Below are positions 8,347-17,331 of a stretch of 34,321 bases of DNA, piece after piece. The stretch comes from a virus (Duplodnaviria; Caudoviricetes), in the IMG/VR virus record IMGVR_UViG_3300020216_000022, positions 1 through 34,321 of that record; one strand, 5' to 3'. Numbering within the stretch: position 1 is the first letter of the stretch; each line of letters begins with the position of its first letter. The position numbers were made by a program, and so were the translations under genes. Under the pieces are notes generated by a model, which was not told where the DNA came from, searched no databases, and saw only the letters and a list, made by a program, of their open reading frames with translations.

Positions 8347-9381
8347 TTGGCAGAAACAAATTTTGTAACAAAGTTATTTGGTGTAGGAAAAAATGCAAAT
8401 AAGCAAACACAAATTCCTAGAGAAGAAGGTTATAGGGAAAGCCAAGTTACTGTTAAAAATTTTCCTTCTCAAAATTCAACAGAACAAGTTAAAAAAGGTA
8501 TGAACGGGAATAAGAACTATGTTGAACAAAAGATTTTTGACCCAATGGATATTAATCCCGGGTTCAAACAAAAACCTTCCATAAAAGGCACACACGACTT
8601 GCACCGAACGCTAAGGCAGTTTAGTAGCAATGCTATTTTAAATGCTATTATTTTAACTCGTGCAAACCAAGTTGCTACTTATTGTGTGCCATCTAGTTCT
8701 TCAGATACGGGCATGGGGTATCAAGTTCGAATGAAAGATATGGATGATGAACCTTCCAGCCATGACAAAGCAAATATTAAGCGAATTGAAAAGTTTCTAG
8801 ATAATACAGCATCTTATAAAGACCAAAATCGTGATACGTTTACTTCATTTTGTAAAAAGGTTGTAAGAGACACGTATATTTACGACCAAGTCAATTTTGA
8901 AAAGGTTTATGATTCAGATGGAAACTTTATTAAGTTTGACATGGTAGACCCTACAACAATTTATTTAGCAACGGATAAAAATGGAAAACTTATCAAAGAA
9001 GGCGAACGCTTTGTCCAAGTATTGGATGGACGAGTAGTAGCTAAGTTTAACGAAAAAGAAATGGCTTTTGCTGTAAGAAACCCTCGTTCTGATATTCAAG
9101 TAAACGGTTATGGCTTATCTGAAGCTGAAATTGGGCTAAAACAAATTATCGCTCATGAAAATACAGAAACATTTAATGATAGGTTCTTTTCTCATGGAGG
9201 TACAACCCGTGGAATTTTACTTATTAAAGCAGGGCAACAACAATCAACAAGAGCTTTAGATATTTTCCGAAGAGAATGGAAGAATTCTTTATCAGGTATT
9301 AACGGTTCTTGGCAAATTCCAGTAGTTTCAGCAGATGATGTAAAATTCATTAATATGACACCACAGGCTAATGATATGCAG
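8347..9381 (+). CDS. portal protein, exon 1
   Basis: Portal motifs (RD.Y.YDQVNFEK, VRNPRSD...GYGLS, FFSHGGTTRGIL, LSGINGSWQIPVV..DDVKFINMTP.ANDMQ). Joined to 11102 it gives a 567-aa protein with the junction DMQ|FEKWLNYLIN. Confidence 0.9.
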
Positions 9382-9795
9382 AAACATCAAAAATGTTTCA
9401 TAGATAGTTTAAACATTTTTCGAGAAACTGCCCTAGTCGAGTAATCGGCTTTGAATAAATAAGTGAATTGCTTGTAAACCCTAAAGGCATGTAAACTACA
9501 AAGTAACTTGAAAAAGTAAGCTTGAATGTTGCGAAAGCAGAAAAAATTATATGCATAACATAAGGTTAAATCCTAAGTGTGATAAAATAGTGGGTGTCTA
9601 GCAGCGAAGTTCCTTAAAGGGAAAACGTTCAACGACTATTCTTGAAATGGACATGAAAATTGTCAAAAGAAGTAGGGCTATCAGAGTAATACCTGGTAGT
9701 AGGTGAGAACCCTTTAAATCGAAGTGCTTAGCTCCTGAAAAGGAGAATGATATAGTCTAGGCTTATGTGAAAGCATAAGATTAAGGAGAAATAAC

Positions 9796-10947
9796 ATGAA
9801 TAGTAAAGAAAAACAAAATAAAATTTATTAAGGGTTTAGATTACCATTATATCCAACGGAAGAACAAAAGAAAAAGTTAGAAGTTATATTTAACGCTAAA
9901 ATAAAAATTTACAACTGGGCTTGGGAACAGCAAAAGCACTTACTAGAGGAAAACGAAAATGTTTTAAGTAAGATACCCCTAAGAAATAGGTACGTATCTA
10001 TGGCTAAAGAAAATGAAGAATTCTCGTGGATGCTAGGAACAGTTCCAGACCATATTAGTTATTATGCAATTGATGATTTGAATAACCAAATCAAGAGATA
10101 TCTAACTAAGAGAGCAAAAACGGTAAATTTTAAGAGTGTTAAAGATAAAAAGAAAACTTTTTCCCAAAGGAATGACATAAAGCTTTTTAAAAATGGCAAA
10201 GTTCAAATATCTAAAGTAGGTCTTGTTAAAACAAGTGAGAAAATGATAAGCAGAGTTCCCGAAATACCCAACAAGAAATATTTAGCAGCAGTTAGGGTAA
10301 CTCGAGATAGAGATAGATACTATATTTCTTTTAATGTTTTAGTTGATAAACCTGAAGCTGTTATTGAAGGAAGGGTTATTGGAATAGACCTTGGAATAAC
10401 AAAACTAATGGTTACTTCAGACGGATATGAGGTAGAAAGGCCTGATAAGTTGGTTTCTAAATATGAAAAGAAACTTAAAAGACTTAGAAGAAGAGCTGGA
10501 CGGATATATGAAAGTGGTATCCGTAGTAAAAATCTTGATAAATTAGGAAATGAAGTAGTTAAAGTAGACAATAAAATTACAAACATACTAGTAGATAATA
10601 TTAACAAACAAATCTCATATATTATAAGCACAAAACCTAAAGCTATCGTTATGGAAGATTTAGCTGTAAGTCATATGTTGAAAAACAGGCATGTGGCTAG
10701 ACAACTAGAAAGAGCAAAATTCAGGTATATTAGAGACCAGTTTCAGTATAAGTGTGAAAGAGCAGGTATTGATTTCATGTTGGCTGATAGATGGTACCCT
10801 TCCAGTAAGATTTGTTCATATTGCGGAGTTAAAAATAAATTAGGTAAAGGGCAAAGAACTTATAAATGTAAAGAGTGCGGTTTAGAAATAGACAGAGATT
10901 TGAATGCTAGTATAAATTTAAAAAACCTTTACTTTAATAAAAAATAA
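9796..10947 (+). CDS. tnpB: TnpB RNA-guided endonuclease (in-frame TAA at codon 12; ORF track begins at 10000)
   Basis: RBS AAGGAG plus ATG9796. GFRLPLYPTEEQ...YNW N-terminal motif is in frame after TAA 9829-9831. RuvC-I GIDLG, RuvC-II IVMEDL, Zn ribbon CSYC..CKEC and RuvC-III DRDLNASINL are all intact. Confidence 0.9.
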
Positions 10948-10952
10948 TAAAC

Positions 10953-11076
10953 TATGTACTGTGATGGCACGCAGGAATTAACGTCTAGGGAGTGTTATAC
11001 AAACGTTAGTAGATATTCGAGGACGGGCACAAAGAACTAGAAAGTCTTAGGGACTGCCAATTTGAGAAGTGGTTAC
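10953..11076 (+). ncRNA. putative TnpB omegaRNA (scaffold ~10953-11060, guide ~11061-11076)
   Basis: Starts right after the tnpB stop. Hairpin CTGTG-ATGGCA-CGCAG whose loop TGGCA can pseudoknot with TGCCA 11055-11059. Stems TCTAG/CTAGA, GTGTT/GGCAC and AGTC/GACT. Followed by a near-copy of the portal insertion site. Confidence 0.7.
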
Positions 11077-11101
11077 TATTCATGTTACCAAAATACAACC
11101 G

Positions 11102-11770
11102 TTCGAGAAATGGTTAAACTACCTTATTAATCTTCTTTCGGCATTGTATGGTATTGACCCAGCAGAAATTAACTTCCCTAATACAGGAGGTGCCACAAGT
11201 AGTCGTGGCGGTAGCCTAAACGAAGGAAACCAAAAAGAAAAGAACCAAGCATCTCAAAATAAAGGACTACAACCTTTACTTAAATTTATTGAAGATACAG
11301 TAAATACTTATATTATTGCTGAATTTGGAGATAAATATCGTTTTGAATTTAAAGGTGGCGACTTAGCTCGTCAACTAGAAAAAATTAAAATTAAAAGTGA
11401 AGAAGGTAAAGTCTTTAAAACTGTTAATGAAATTCGTGTTGAATTTGGATTAGACCCTGTAGCAGGCGGGGATGTTATCCTGAATGGTGTTCATATTCAA
11501 GCTATCGGACAAGAAATGCAAAGGGAACAATTTGAGTACCAAAAGCAACAAGATAGACTAAACCGTTTGTTAGAAGAAGCGGACAACCCAGAACCACAAG
11601 CAGATGTAGGAAATTCTGTACAAGATACCCAACAAGGTCTAGACGGGGACTCTAGTTCTGTAAATGGTAAAGGCGACGGTCAAATAGGAAAAGACGGTCA
11701 ATCCAAGGAACAGGAAAACACAAATTCAGCCAAAATCGGTGGTAAAGAAGATAGAAGTTGGGATAAGTAG
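11102..11770 (+). CDS. portal protein, exon 2
   Basis: FEKWLNYLINLLSALYGIDPAEINFPN.GGA...SQNKGLQPLLKFIED...TVNEIR is the portal C-terminal part. Confidence 0.9.
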   Translation, partial: FEKWLNYLINLLSALYGIDPAEINFPNTGGATSSRGGSLNEGNQKEKNQASQNKGLQPLLKFIEDTVNTYIIAEFGDKYRFEFKGGDLARQLEKIKIKSEEGKVFKTVNEIRVEFGLDPVAGGDVILNGVHIQAIGQEMQREQFEYQKQQDRLNRLLEEADNPEPQADVGNSVQDTQQGLDGDSSSVNGKGDGQIGKDGQSKEQENTNSAKIGGKEDRSWDK

Positions 11771-11798
11771 CTCATAGCTACTTTATCCTACTTTCTAG

Positions 11799-11808
11799 TG
11801 CTATATTA
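11799..11808 (+). promoter_or_regulatory. putative phage late promoter TGCTATATTA
   Basis: The same motif precedes holin (5016) and capsid (13662) and lies at 18030 upstream of the tail genes; variants at 3750, 7882 and 23123. It resembles the TGTTATATTA late motif reported for kayviruses. Confidence 0.7.
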
Positions 11809-11847
11809 TACCTAGATATGAGGCATTGGAGGTGAAAAAGAATCTAA

Positions 11848-12651
11848 ATGCCAACAACTGAAGAAGAAAAATATAATATTTTCGTTCCTGTTGATGTGTT
11901 TGACTCTGTAAGTAAATCAGAACAAGCAGAAGACGGAGAATGGTATGTAAGAGGTTTTGCAGCGACTCCTGATTTAGATATGCAAGGAGACATTGTATTA
12001 CCTGAAGGAATTGATATTGGCTATTTTTCTACAAAAGGGTTTATTAACTATGAGCATAAGCAAGATGCAGAATACATTATAGGTGTTCCAACAGATAATT
12101 GTTACGTAGACCTTGAAAAAGGTTTATTTGTAGAAGCAAGACTAATGAAAGAAAACAAATATGCACAATCTATGTGGTCTTTAGCCAATATGATTAAAAA
12201 ATCAGGCATTGACCGAAACTTAGGTTTTTCTATTGAAGGTGCAGTGAAATCCCGTAGTGATTACGATAAGCGAGTGATTGAAGGTGTTATGATTAAAAAC
12301 GTAGCACTAACGACCCACCCAGCAAATCCAAATGCTACTTGGGAAACATTAGTAAAGGCTTGGGAAACAGGCTATGCTACAACGCCTGATGAACAAACAG
12401 GAGCTGCAGCTTTCCGCAAAGAGCATTTAGCTCCCGAGGTAACGAATTTAACCAATGCCGTTAGAACAATATCTAAACTAAATGTAATGCCTAAAGAAGA
12501 TAAAGATTATGTTATTAAAGAAGCAGCAAAATCTTTTGACAATGAACCCTCATTAGATGTGTCAGCAGTTATGCTACAATTAAGTAGAGGAATCAGTTTT
12601 AACCAAGCACAAGACTTTATTGTAAGGTCACGAAAGGAGAAAAACGAATAG
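11848..12651 (+). CDS. prohead protease
   Basis: GFAATPDLDMQGD, INYEH, LGFSIEG and NVALTTHPANPNATW motifs; located after portal. Confidence 0.88.
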   Translation: MPTTEEEKYNIFVPVDVFDSVSKSEQAEDGEWYVRGFAATPDLDMQGDIVLPEGIDIGYFSTKGFINYEHKQDAEYIIGVPTDNCYVDLEKGLFVEARLMKENKYAQSMWSLANMIKKSGIDRNLGFSIEGAVKSRSDYDKRVIEGVMIKNVALTTHPANPNATWETLVKAWETGYATTPDEQTGAAAFRKEHLAPEVTNLTNAVRTISKLNVMPKEDKDYVIKEAAKSFDNEPSLDVSAVMLQLSRGISFNQAQDFIVRSRKEKNE

Positions 12652-13631
12652 TGTCGAATAAATTAAGCGATTTGATTAAAGACTTTGACGAAGAGCTAGC
12701 TAAAAGCGATTCTGATAGCCAGGTCGTAAAATCAAAAGATGTATCTAAAAAAGATACAGAAAATGATGAAGATAAGGATAAAAACAAGGAATCTGACAAA
12801 GACGATAAAGATTCTGACAAGGATAAAGACGATAAAGGAAAATCTGATGATGAAGGTAAAGATACCAAAAAATCAGATGAAGCTAAAGACGAAGAAGATA
12901 CTGAAAAAGCTGATGGTACGCCCGCAGGTGTTAAAGACAGTACAGACACAGTAGACTCTAAGGATAACCCAACAGGAGAAGCTGACAAAGTATCTGATAA
13001 AGAAAAAGATAAAGCAGCTAAGACAGAACCAAATAAAACAGACGGAAAAGAAATTGCTAAAAAATCTGATGAACCGACTGAAGATGAAGAACCAGTTATT
13101 AAGTCTGAAGATGTTGTGAGTGCTTTTGAAGCAATCTTTAAAGGTATGACAAGCTTAGCTTCTCAACAAAATGCTATTAATGAACGTGTAGGAACTTTAA
13201 TTGATAACCAAGAAAAACTGGAAAAGTCAATTGATGACGCTAACCGTTTGGAAGAAATTAAGAAATCTTCTCAAGCTTTAAAAAAAGGCTTAGAAGAAGC
13301 AGAAAAATCAGCTAAGGCTGTTGAAGGCAAAGCTGTTACCTATGTTGAGAAAAACTATAACCCGGGTGAAGATGCACAAGCAGCTGAAGAAACTGATGTT
13401 GAACTTGAACAACAAGAAGATGTTCAAAAATCAACAGAAAGTTTTAACAGCTATGAAAAAGCAGACGAGTTACGTAAAAGCTTTTTACCTCGTTACATTG
13501 AAGAAACACGTAAATCAAACTTTTCCCGTGATGAACTAAATAACATTTCTGCTCATTGGAACAATTTGTCTTATGGCAAAGGAACTTCTGATGATGAACA
13601 AATAATTAAAAGCTTTATCGAAGGAAAATAA
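12651..13631 (+). CDS. acidic scaffold-like head assembly protein
   Basis: Highly charged coiled-coil protein between protease and capsid, with many KS dipeptides. Confidence 0.7.
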   Translation: MSNKLSDLIKDFDEELAKSDSDSQVVKSKDVSKKDTENDEDKDKNKESDKDDKDSDKDKDDKGKSDDEGKDTKKSDEAKDEEDTEKADGTPAGVKDSTDTVDSKDNPTGEADKVSDKEKDKAAKTEPNKTDGKEIAKKSDEPTEDEEPVIKSEDVVSAFEAIFKGMTSLASQQNAINERVGTLIDNQEKLEKSIDDANRLEEIKKSSQALKKGLEEAEKSAKAVEGKAVTYVEKNYNPGEDAQAAEETDVELEQQEDVQKSTESFNSYEKADELRKSFLPRYIEETRKSNFSRDELNNISAHWNNLSYGKGTSDDEQIIKSFIEGK

Positions 13632-13661
13632 TGAACTACCGAGTTCATTTTAGGTAATTAC

Positions 13662-13671
13662 TGCTATATTA
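13662..13671 (+). promoter_or_regulatory. late promoter of the major capsid gene
   Basis: TGCTATATTA followed by a structured 5' leader (AGACCCGAAAAA/TTTTTCGGGTCT). Confidence 0.7.
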
Positions 13672-13775
13672 TAGGCAGACCCATAAGAAGACCCGAAAAA
13701 CATTATACATAAGTCCATTTTTCGGGTCTATCTCCTTATATAAACTCAAAACAACGAAAGGTTGATTATAAAAAT

Positions 13776-15185
13776 ATGAATACAGATACGAAAAACAACC
13801 CTTTCCAAACCCAGTTGTCTCCAGCAGCTGAAAAAGTAATAAAAGGTTGGGAAACAGGTTACGGCGTCTCACCAGATGAACAAACAGGTGGTGCGGCTTT
13901 ACGTCGTGAAATGCTAAGTGACCAAATCACAATGTTAACTTATTCTCGTGATGACTTAAACTTCTTCCGTGATTTACCACGTGTTCCAGCTGAATCAACA
14001 GTCGCTCAATACGTACAATACTTGTCACATGGTGAAGTCGGACATACACGTGCTACTCGTGAAACTGGAATTGCACCAGTATCCGACCCAGAAGTACGTC
14101 AACAAATGGTACGGATGAAATTCTTAAGCGACCAAAAACGTATTTCAATCGCTACGATGGCAGCTAATAATGTTGTAGACCCAGTACAACAATTAACAAA
14201 CTCAGCCATTGAAGTTATTGCAATGACTATTGAGCAATTCGCTTTCTATGGTGATGCAGATTTATCTCATGACCCAAGTGAAGGTGCAGGTACAGAATTT
14301 GATGGTTTAACAAAATTAGTTGCTCAAGAAAACGTTATTGATAACCATGGTAAAGCGTTAACTCAAGAACAATTAAACCAAGCAGCTACATTGATTACTA
14401 AAGGTTATGGTCGTCCTACAGACGCTTACATGCCGATTGGTGTTCACTCAACATTTGTTAACCAATACTTGAATAACCAAACACAAGTCGTTTCTCAAAA
14501 CGGTCAAGGTGCTGAACTTGGTTATAACATTCAAGCTTTCCATTCAAGCGGTGGACGTATTGCATTGCATGGTTCAGCCGTTATGGAAAATGAACAAATC
14601 TTGAATGAAAACCGACCAACAGCTTACAATTCTCCACAACGCGCTACAGTGGAAGCTAAAGTAAATGCATCAGGTGAAGGTCGTTTCTTTGAAACAGACA
14701 TTGAACAAGCTTTAGAATACAAAGTAACCGTAACTTCTGAAGATGCTGTATCAGCTCCAAGTGATGTAGCGACAGCAGCAATCGCAAATACAAATGACGA
14801 AGTTGAAGTTTCAATTCAAATTAATAACATGTACCAAGCTCGCCCGGACTTTGTATCGGTGTACCGTAAAGGTATTAAGAGTGGGTTGTACTTCTTAGTT
14901 GCTCGTATTGGAGCTCGTGAAGCACAACAAGGTGTTATTACTTATGTAGATAAGAACCAAAATATTCCAGAAACTACAGATGTGTTTGTTGGTCAAATGT
15001 CACAAGATGTTATTCACTTGTACGAATTTATCCCAATGATGCGTTTGCAACTAGCTCAAATTGATGCTAGCGTTCGTTTCTCATTCTTATGGTATGGTGC
15101 TTTGGCACTACGTGCGCCTAAACGTTGGGTACGTATTAAGAATGTCGAATTCATTCCTTCCGCTAACGGAATTGGAACTATGTAA
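13776..15185 (+). CDS. major capsid protein (Twort/SPO1-like)
   Basis: TGYGVSPDEQTGGAALRRE.L.DQITML, HGEVGH, FYGDADL...G.EFDGL.KL and LWYGALALRAPKRWVRIKNV. Confidence 0.95.
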   Translation: MNTDTKNNPFQTQLSPAAEKVIKGWETGYGVSPDEQTGGAALRREMLSDQITMLTYSRDDLNFFRDLPRVPAESTVAQYVQYLSHGEVGHTRATRETGIAPVSDPEVRQQMVRMKFLSDQKRISIATMAANNVVDPVQQLTNSAIEVIAMTIEQFAFYGDADLSHDPSEGAGTEFDGLTKLVAQENVIDNHGKALTQEQLNQAATLITKGYGRPTDAYMPIGVHSTFVNQYLNNQTQVVSQNGQGAELGYNIQAFHSSGGRIALHGSAVMENEQILNENRPTAYNSPQRATVEAKVNASGEGRFFETDIEQALEYKVTVTSEDAVSAPSDVATAAIANTNDEVEVSIQINNMYQARPDFVSVYRKGIKSGLYFLVARIGAREAQQGVITYVDKNQNIPETTDVFVGQMSQDVIHLYEFIPMMRLQLAQIDASVRFSFLWYGALALRAPKRWVRIKNVEFIPSANGIGTM

Positions 15186-15221
15186 TATCAGTTAAATAAG
15201 ACAACTGAATAAAACAATTAG

Positions 15222-15253
15222 ATAGGGGATAGCTAAGCTGTTCCCTATTTTTT
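15222..15253 (+). terminator. intrinsic terminator after capsid
   Basis: ATAGGGGATAGC-TAA-GCTGTTCCCTAT followed by a T-tract. Confidence 0.8.
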
Positions 15254-15274
15254 ATTTTAAAAGGAGATTACAAC

Positions 15275-15544
15275 ATGATTCAGACAGATAAATTCCCAAA
15301 TCGAGTAATTGCTACACCCTATGGAAAAGTCTCTTTTGATGAAAAAGGTCAAAGTAATGACTTAACAAAAGAACAACAAGAAAAGTTAGGGAACCTAGCC
15401 TATGTAGAATACGTAGAAGATAAAAAACCTGAGCCGAAAAAAGAAGAACCTAAGCAAGAAGCTAAAAAAGAAGAAAAACCAAAAGCTGAAACAAAGAAGA
15501 AAACAACAGCTAAGAAAACTACGAAGAAAAAAGATAAAGAGTAA
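15275..15544 (+). CDS. small Lys/Glu-rich hypothetical virion protein
   Basis: RBS AAGGAG; position directly after capsid. Confidence 0.75.
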   Translation: MIQTDKFPNRVIATPYGKVSFDEKGQSNDLTKEQQEKLGNLAYVEYVEDKKPEPKKEEPKQEAKKEEKPKAETKKKTTAKKTTKKKDKE

Positions 15545-15557
15545 GGAAGGATATGCT

Positions 15558-16433
15558 TTGAATAACGAATATGACACAAGCGGACCTTATTCCCACGGAA
15601 ACCCTAAACATGTTGAAATAGAAGAACTAGACAACATCACACCTGCTGACTTTGGGTGGACACCTGAAGCTATTAAAGCTTATATGTACGGTATTAAAGT
15701 TATGGACCCAAACTCTGGTCAAGAAATGGGAGATAAATTTTATAACCATGTCTTAGAAACCGCAATATCTCGTGCAGAAAATGCATTGGATGTGGCTATA
15801 CTACCTAGACTTGTGGAAGATGAACATCATGATTTCCATTCATCTGATTACAATTCTTACATGTTTACAGAAACATTTAGAAAGCCTATTGTCCAAGCAG
15901 AAAGATTAAAACTGGAAATGACGGGATTTTCTTTATTTGATTACCCGGCGGATTGGTGGAAGGTGTATAACCTTGCAGGACATATTGAACTTTTCCCTAC
16001 AGCTTTGATGCAAGCTACAGGAGCCATGGGTGGTGGTGCTATTTATCAATCAGCGAGTATGCCTATAATGAACCCTATGATGGGTATGGGTGCTAGAACC
16101 ACAGCACCACAACTTATTCATGTAGACTATGTAGCAGGCATGTTACCTAGAAAACACCAATATGCTCAGGAGTGGGAATGCCCAGCAGACTTAGAGCAAT
16201 TAGTTATTAAAATTGCTTTAAAAGAGATTTACCAAGTTTGGGGGAACTTAATTATTGGTGCAGGGATTGCAGGAAAAACTCTTTCTGTCGATGGTATTTC
16301 CGAATCCATCCAAACAACTCAAACAGCAATGTATGGCGGAGCTTCTGCCCAAATTATACAAATTAATGAAGACATTGAGAACCTTATGAGTGGGCTAAAA
16401 GCCTACTACGGAATGAACTTAGGTATTATTTAA
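15558..16433 (+). CDS. head completion/neck protein
   Basis: WGNLIIGAGIAGKTLSVDGISESIQTTQTAMYGGASAQI motif; synteny. Confidence 0.75.
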   Translation: MNNEYDTSGPYSHGNPKHVEIEELDNITPADFGWTPEAIKAYMYGIKVMDPNSGQEMGDKFYNHVLETAISRAENALDVAILPRLVEDEHHDFHSSDYNSYMFTETFRKPIVQAERLKLEMTGFSLFDYPADWWKVYNLAGHIELFPTALMQATGAMGGGAIYQSASMPIMNPMMGMGARTTAPQLIHVDYVAGMLPRKHQYAQEWECPADLEQLVIKIALKEIYQVWGNLIIGAGIAGKTLSVDGISESIQTTQTAMYGGASAQIIQINEDIENLMSGLKAYYGMNLGII

Positions 16434-16446
16434 GGAGGAATAGTGT

Positions 16447-17331
16447 ATGCCAGAGCCTACAAGATTTAATACAGAAGATACGAATACAAGAGGCGACTAT
16501 TCCTTACCTAACCAAGTAGAAGATACCACCCGTATAGAGTTTAACCCAGGCGGAACAGAAAAATTTATTCGAGATAGAGGCATTAAGGTTCTCGTTGAAA
16601 AATCATGGTTATGTACTTGTCGTAACCCTAGAACTTTAGCGCCAAAACCTAATTGCCCTATTTGTCATGGAAGAGGAATTGCTTATTTACCCGCAACGCC
16701 TGATATCATGGCGATTCAAAGTCAAGAAAAAGGTATGGTCAATGGTGACCTTGGGCTATATGAATCAGGTACAGCAATTGCTACAACTCGATTAGAATCT
16801 AAGATAACTTTTAGAGATAGAATTACTGTACCTGATGTCGAGATTTACCAATCATTTATTTTTGATGTAAACGAAAATCGAATAAAAAATGGTTTCTATC
16901 TTTCCTATGATGTGAAATACATTACCTTAGCTATGGGAGGAAAAGGAAAACCATTAAATGAAGGTATTGATTATGAAGTTGACTTAGAACAAAATATGTT
17001 TTATCCAAAACAACACTTAGAAGGAACAAATGTTTCCTTGAATTTAGCAGTCACCTTGAGGTATATGGTTATGGATTTACTAAAAGAAAGCCGTTATCAA
17101 TACACAGAATTTAATAAGCCTCAACCAGAGTTTGAAAATTTACCAAGAAAACTTTTGCTTAAACGAGAAGACATATTTGTTGATTCAGAACCGTTTAGTT
17201 TAGCAATAGATACAGAGAAACGATTGCAAGAATTAGAAGAAAACGGGGAAACAGAAATGAAAGACCCTAAAAGGGAAGGCTCAAGACAGTCTGAACTTGG
17301 TGGGTTCTTTGGGGGAAAACTAAATGGCTAG
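16447..17331 (+). CDS. neck protein with CxC...CxxC motif
   Basis: WLCTC...CPICHGRG; synteny. Confidence 0.7.
   Translation: MPEPTRFNTEDTNTRGDYSLPNQVEDTTRIEFNPGGTEKFIRDRGIKVLVEKSWLCTCRNPRTLAPKPNCPICHGRGIAYLPATPDIMAIQSQEKGMVNGDLGLYESGTAIATTRLESKITFRDRITVPDVEIYQSFIFDVNENRIKNGFYLSYDVKYITLAMGGKGKPLNEGIDYEVDLEQNMFYPKQHLEGTNVSLNLAVTLRYMVMDLLKESRYQYTEFNKPQPEFENLPRKLLLKREDIFVDSEPFSLAIDTEKRLQELEENGETEMKDPKREGSRQSELGGFFGGKLNG

Larger units (their letters stand above)
9382..11101 (+). mobile_element. group I intron carrying tnpB and an omegaRNA (IStron-like, no transposase)
   Basis: P2 AGTCGA-GTAA-TCGGCT; P element AATTGCTTGTAAACC (~9466); Q TCTAGCAGC (~9597); R GTTCAACGACTATT (9627-9640); P8 CTCCT-GAAA-AGGAG; S ATGATATAGTCT (9747-9758); P9 CTTATGT-GAAA-GCATAAG; P9.0 GG(9760-9761)/CC(11099-11100) before the terminal G11101. 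Removal restores the portal frame. Confidence 0.92.

Noticed and set aside
9382-9444. C-terminal KHQKCF...ALVE of the 365-aa ORF as the real portal end
   Set aside because: It is read-through into the intron; portal similarity resumes at FEKW 11102.
5435-9831. Genome-wide TAA reassignment
   Set aside because: TAA is the normal stop of most genes here (capsid, sheath, tube, lysins); only two local cases were seen.
11069-11101. GTG start of a separate 233-aa protein
   Set aside because: There is no RBS and it lies in the intron 3' end; the ORF is portal exon 2.
9382-11101. Autonomous IS200/IS605 or IS607 element, or an intein
   Set aside because: No Y1 or serine-recombinase tnpA is present. 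Stop codons rule out an intein, and the group I core motifs are clear.
11058-11116. Target-site duplication as the source of the repeated FEKWL-coding sequence
   Set aside because: Both copies lie on the same side of the element and differ only at synonymous positions, which does not fit a TSD.
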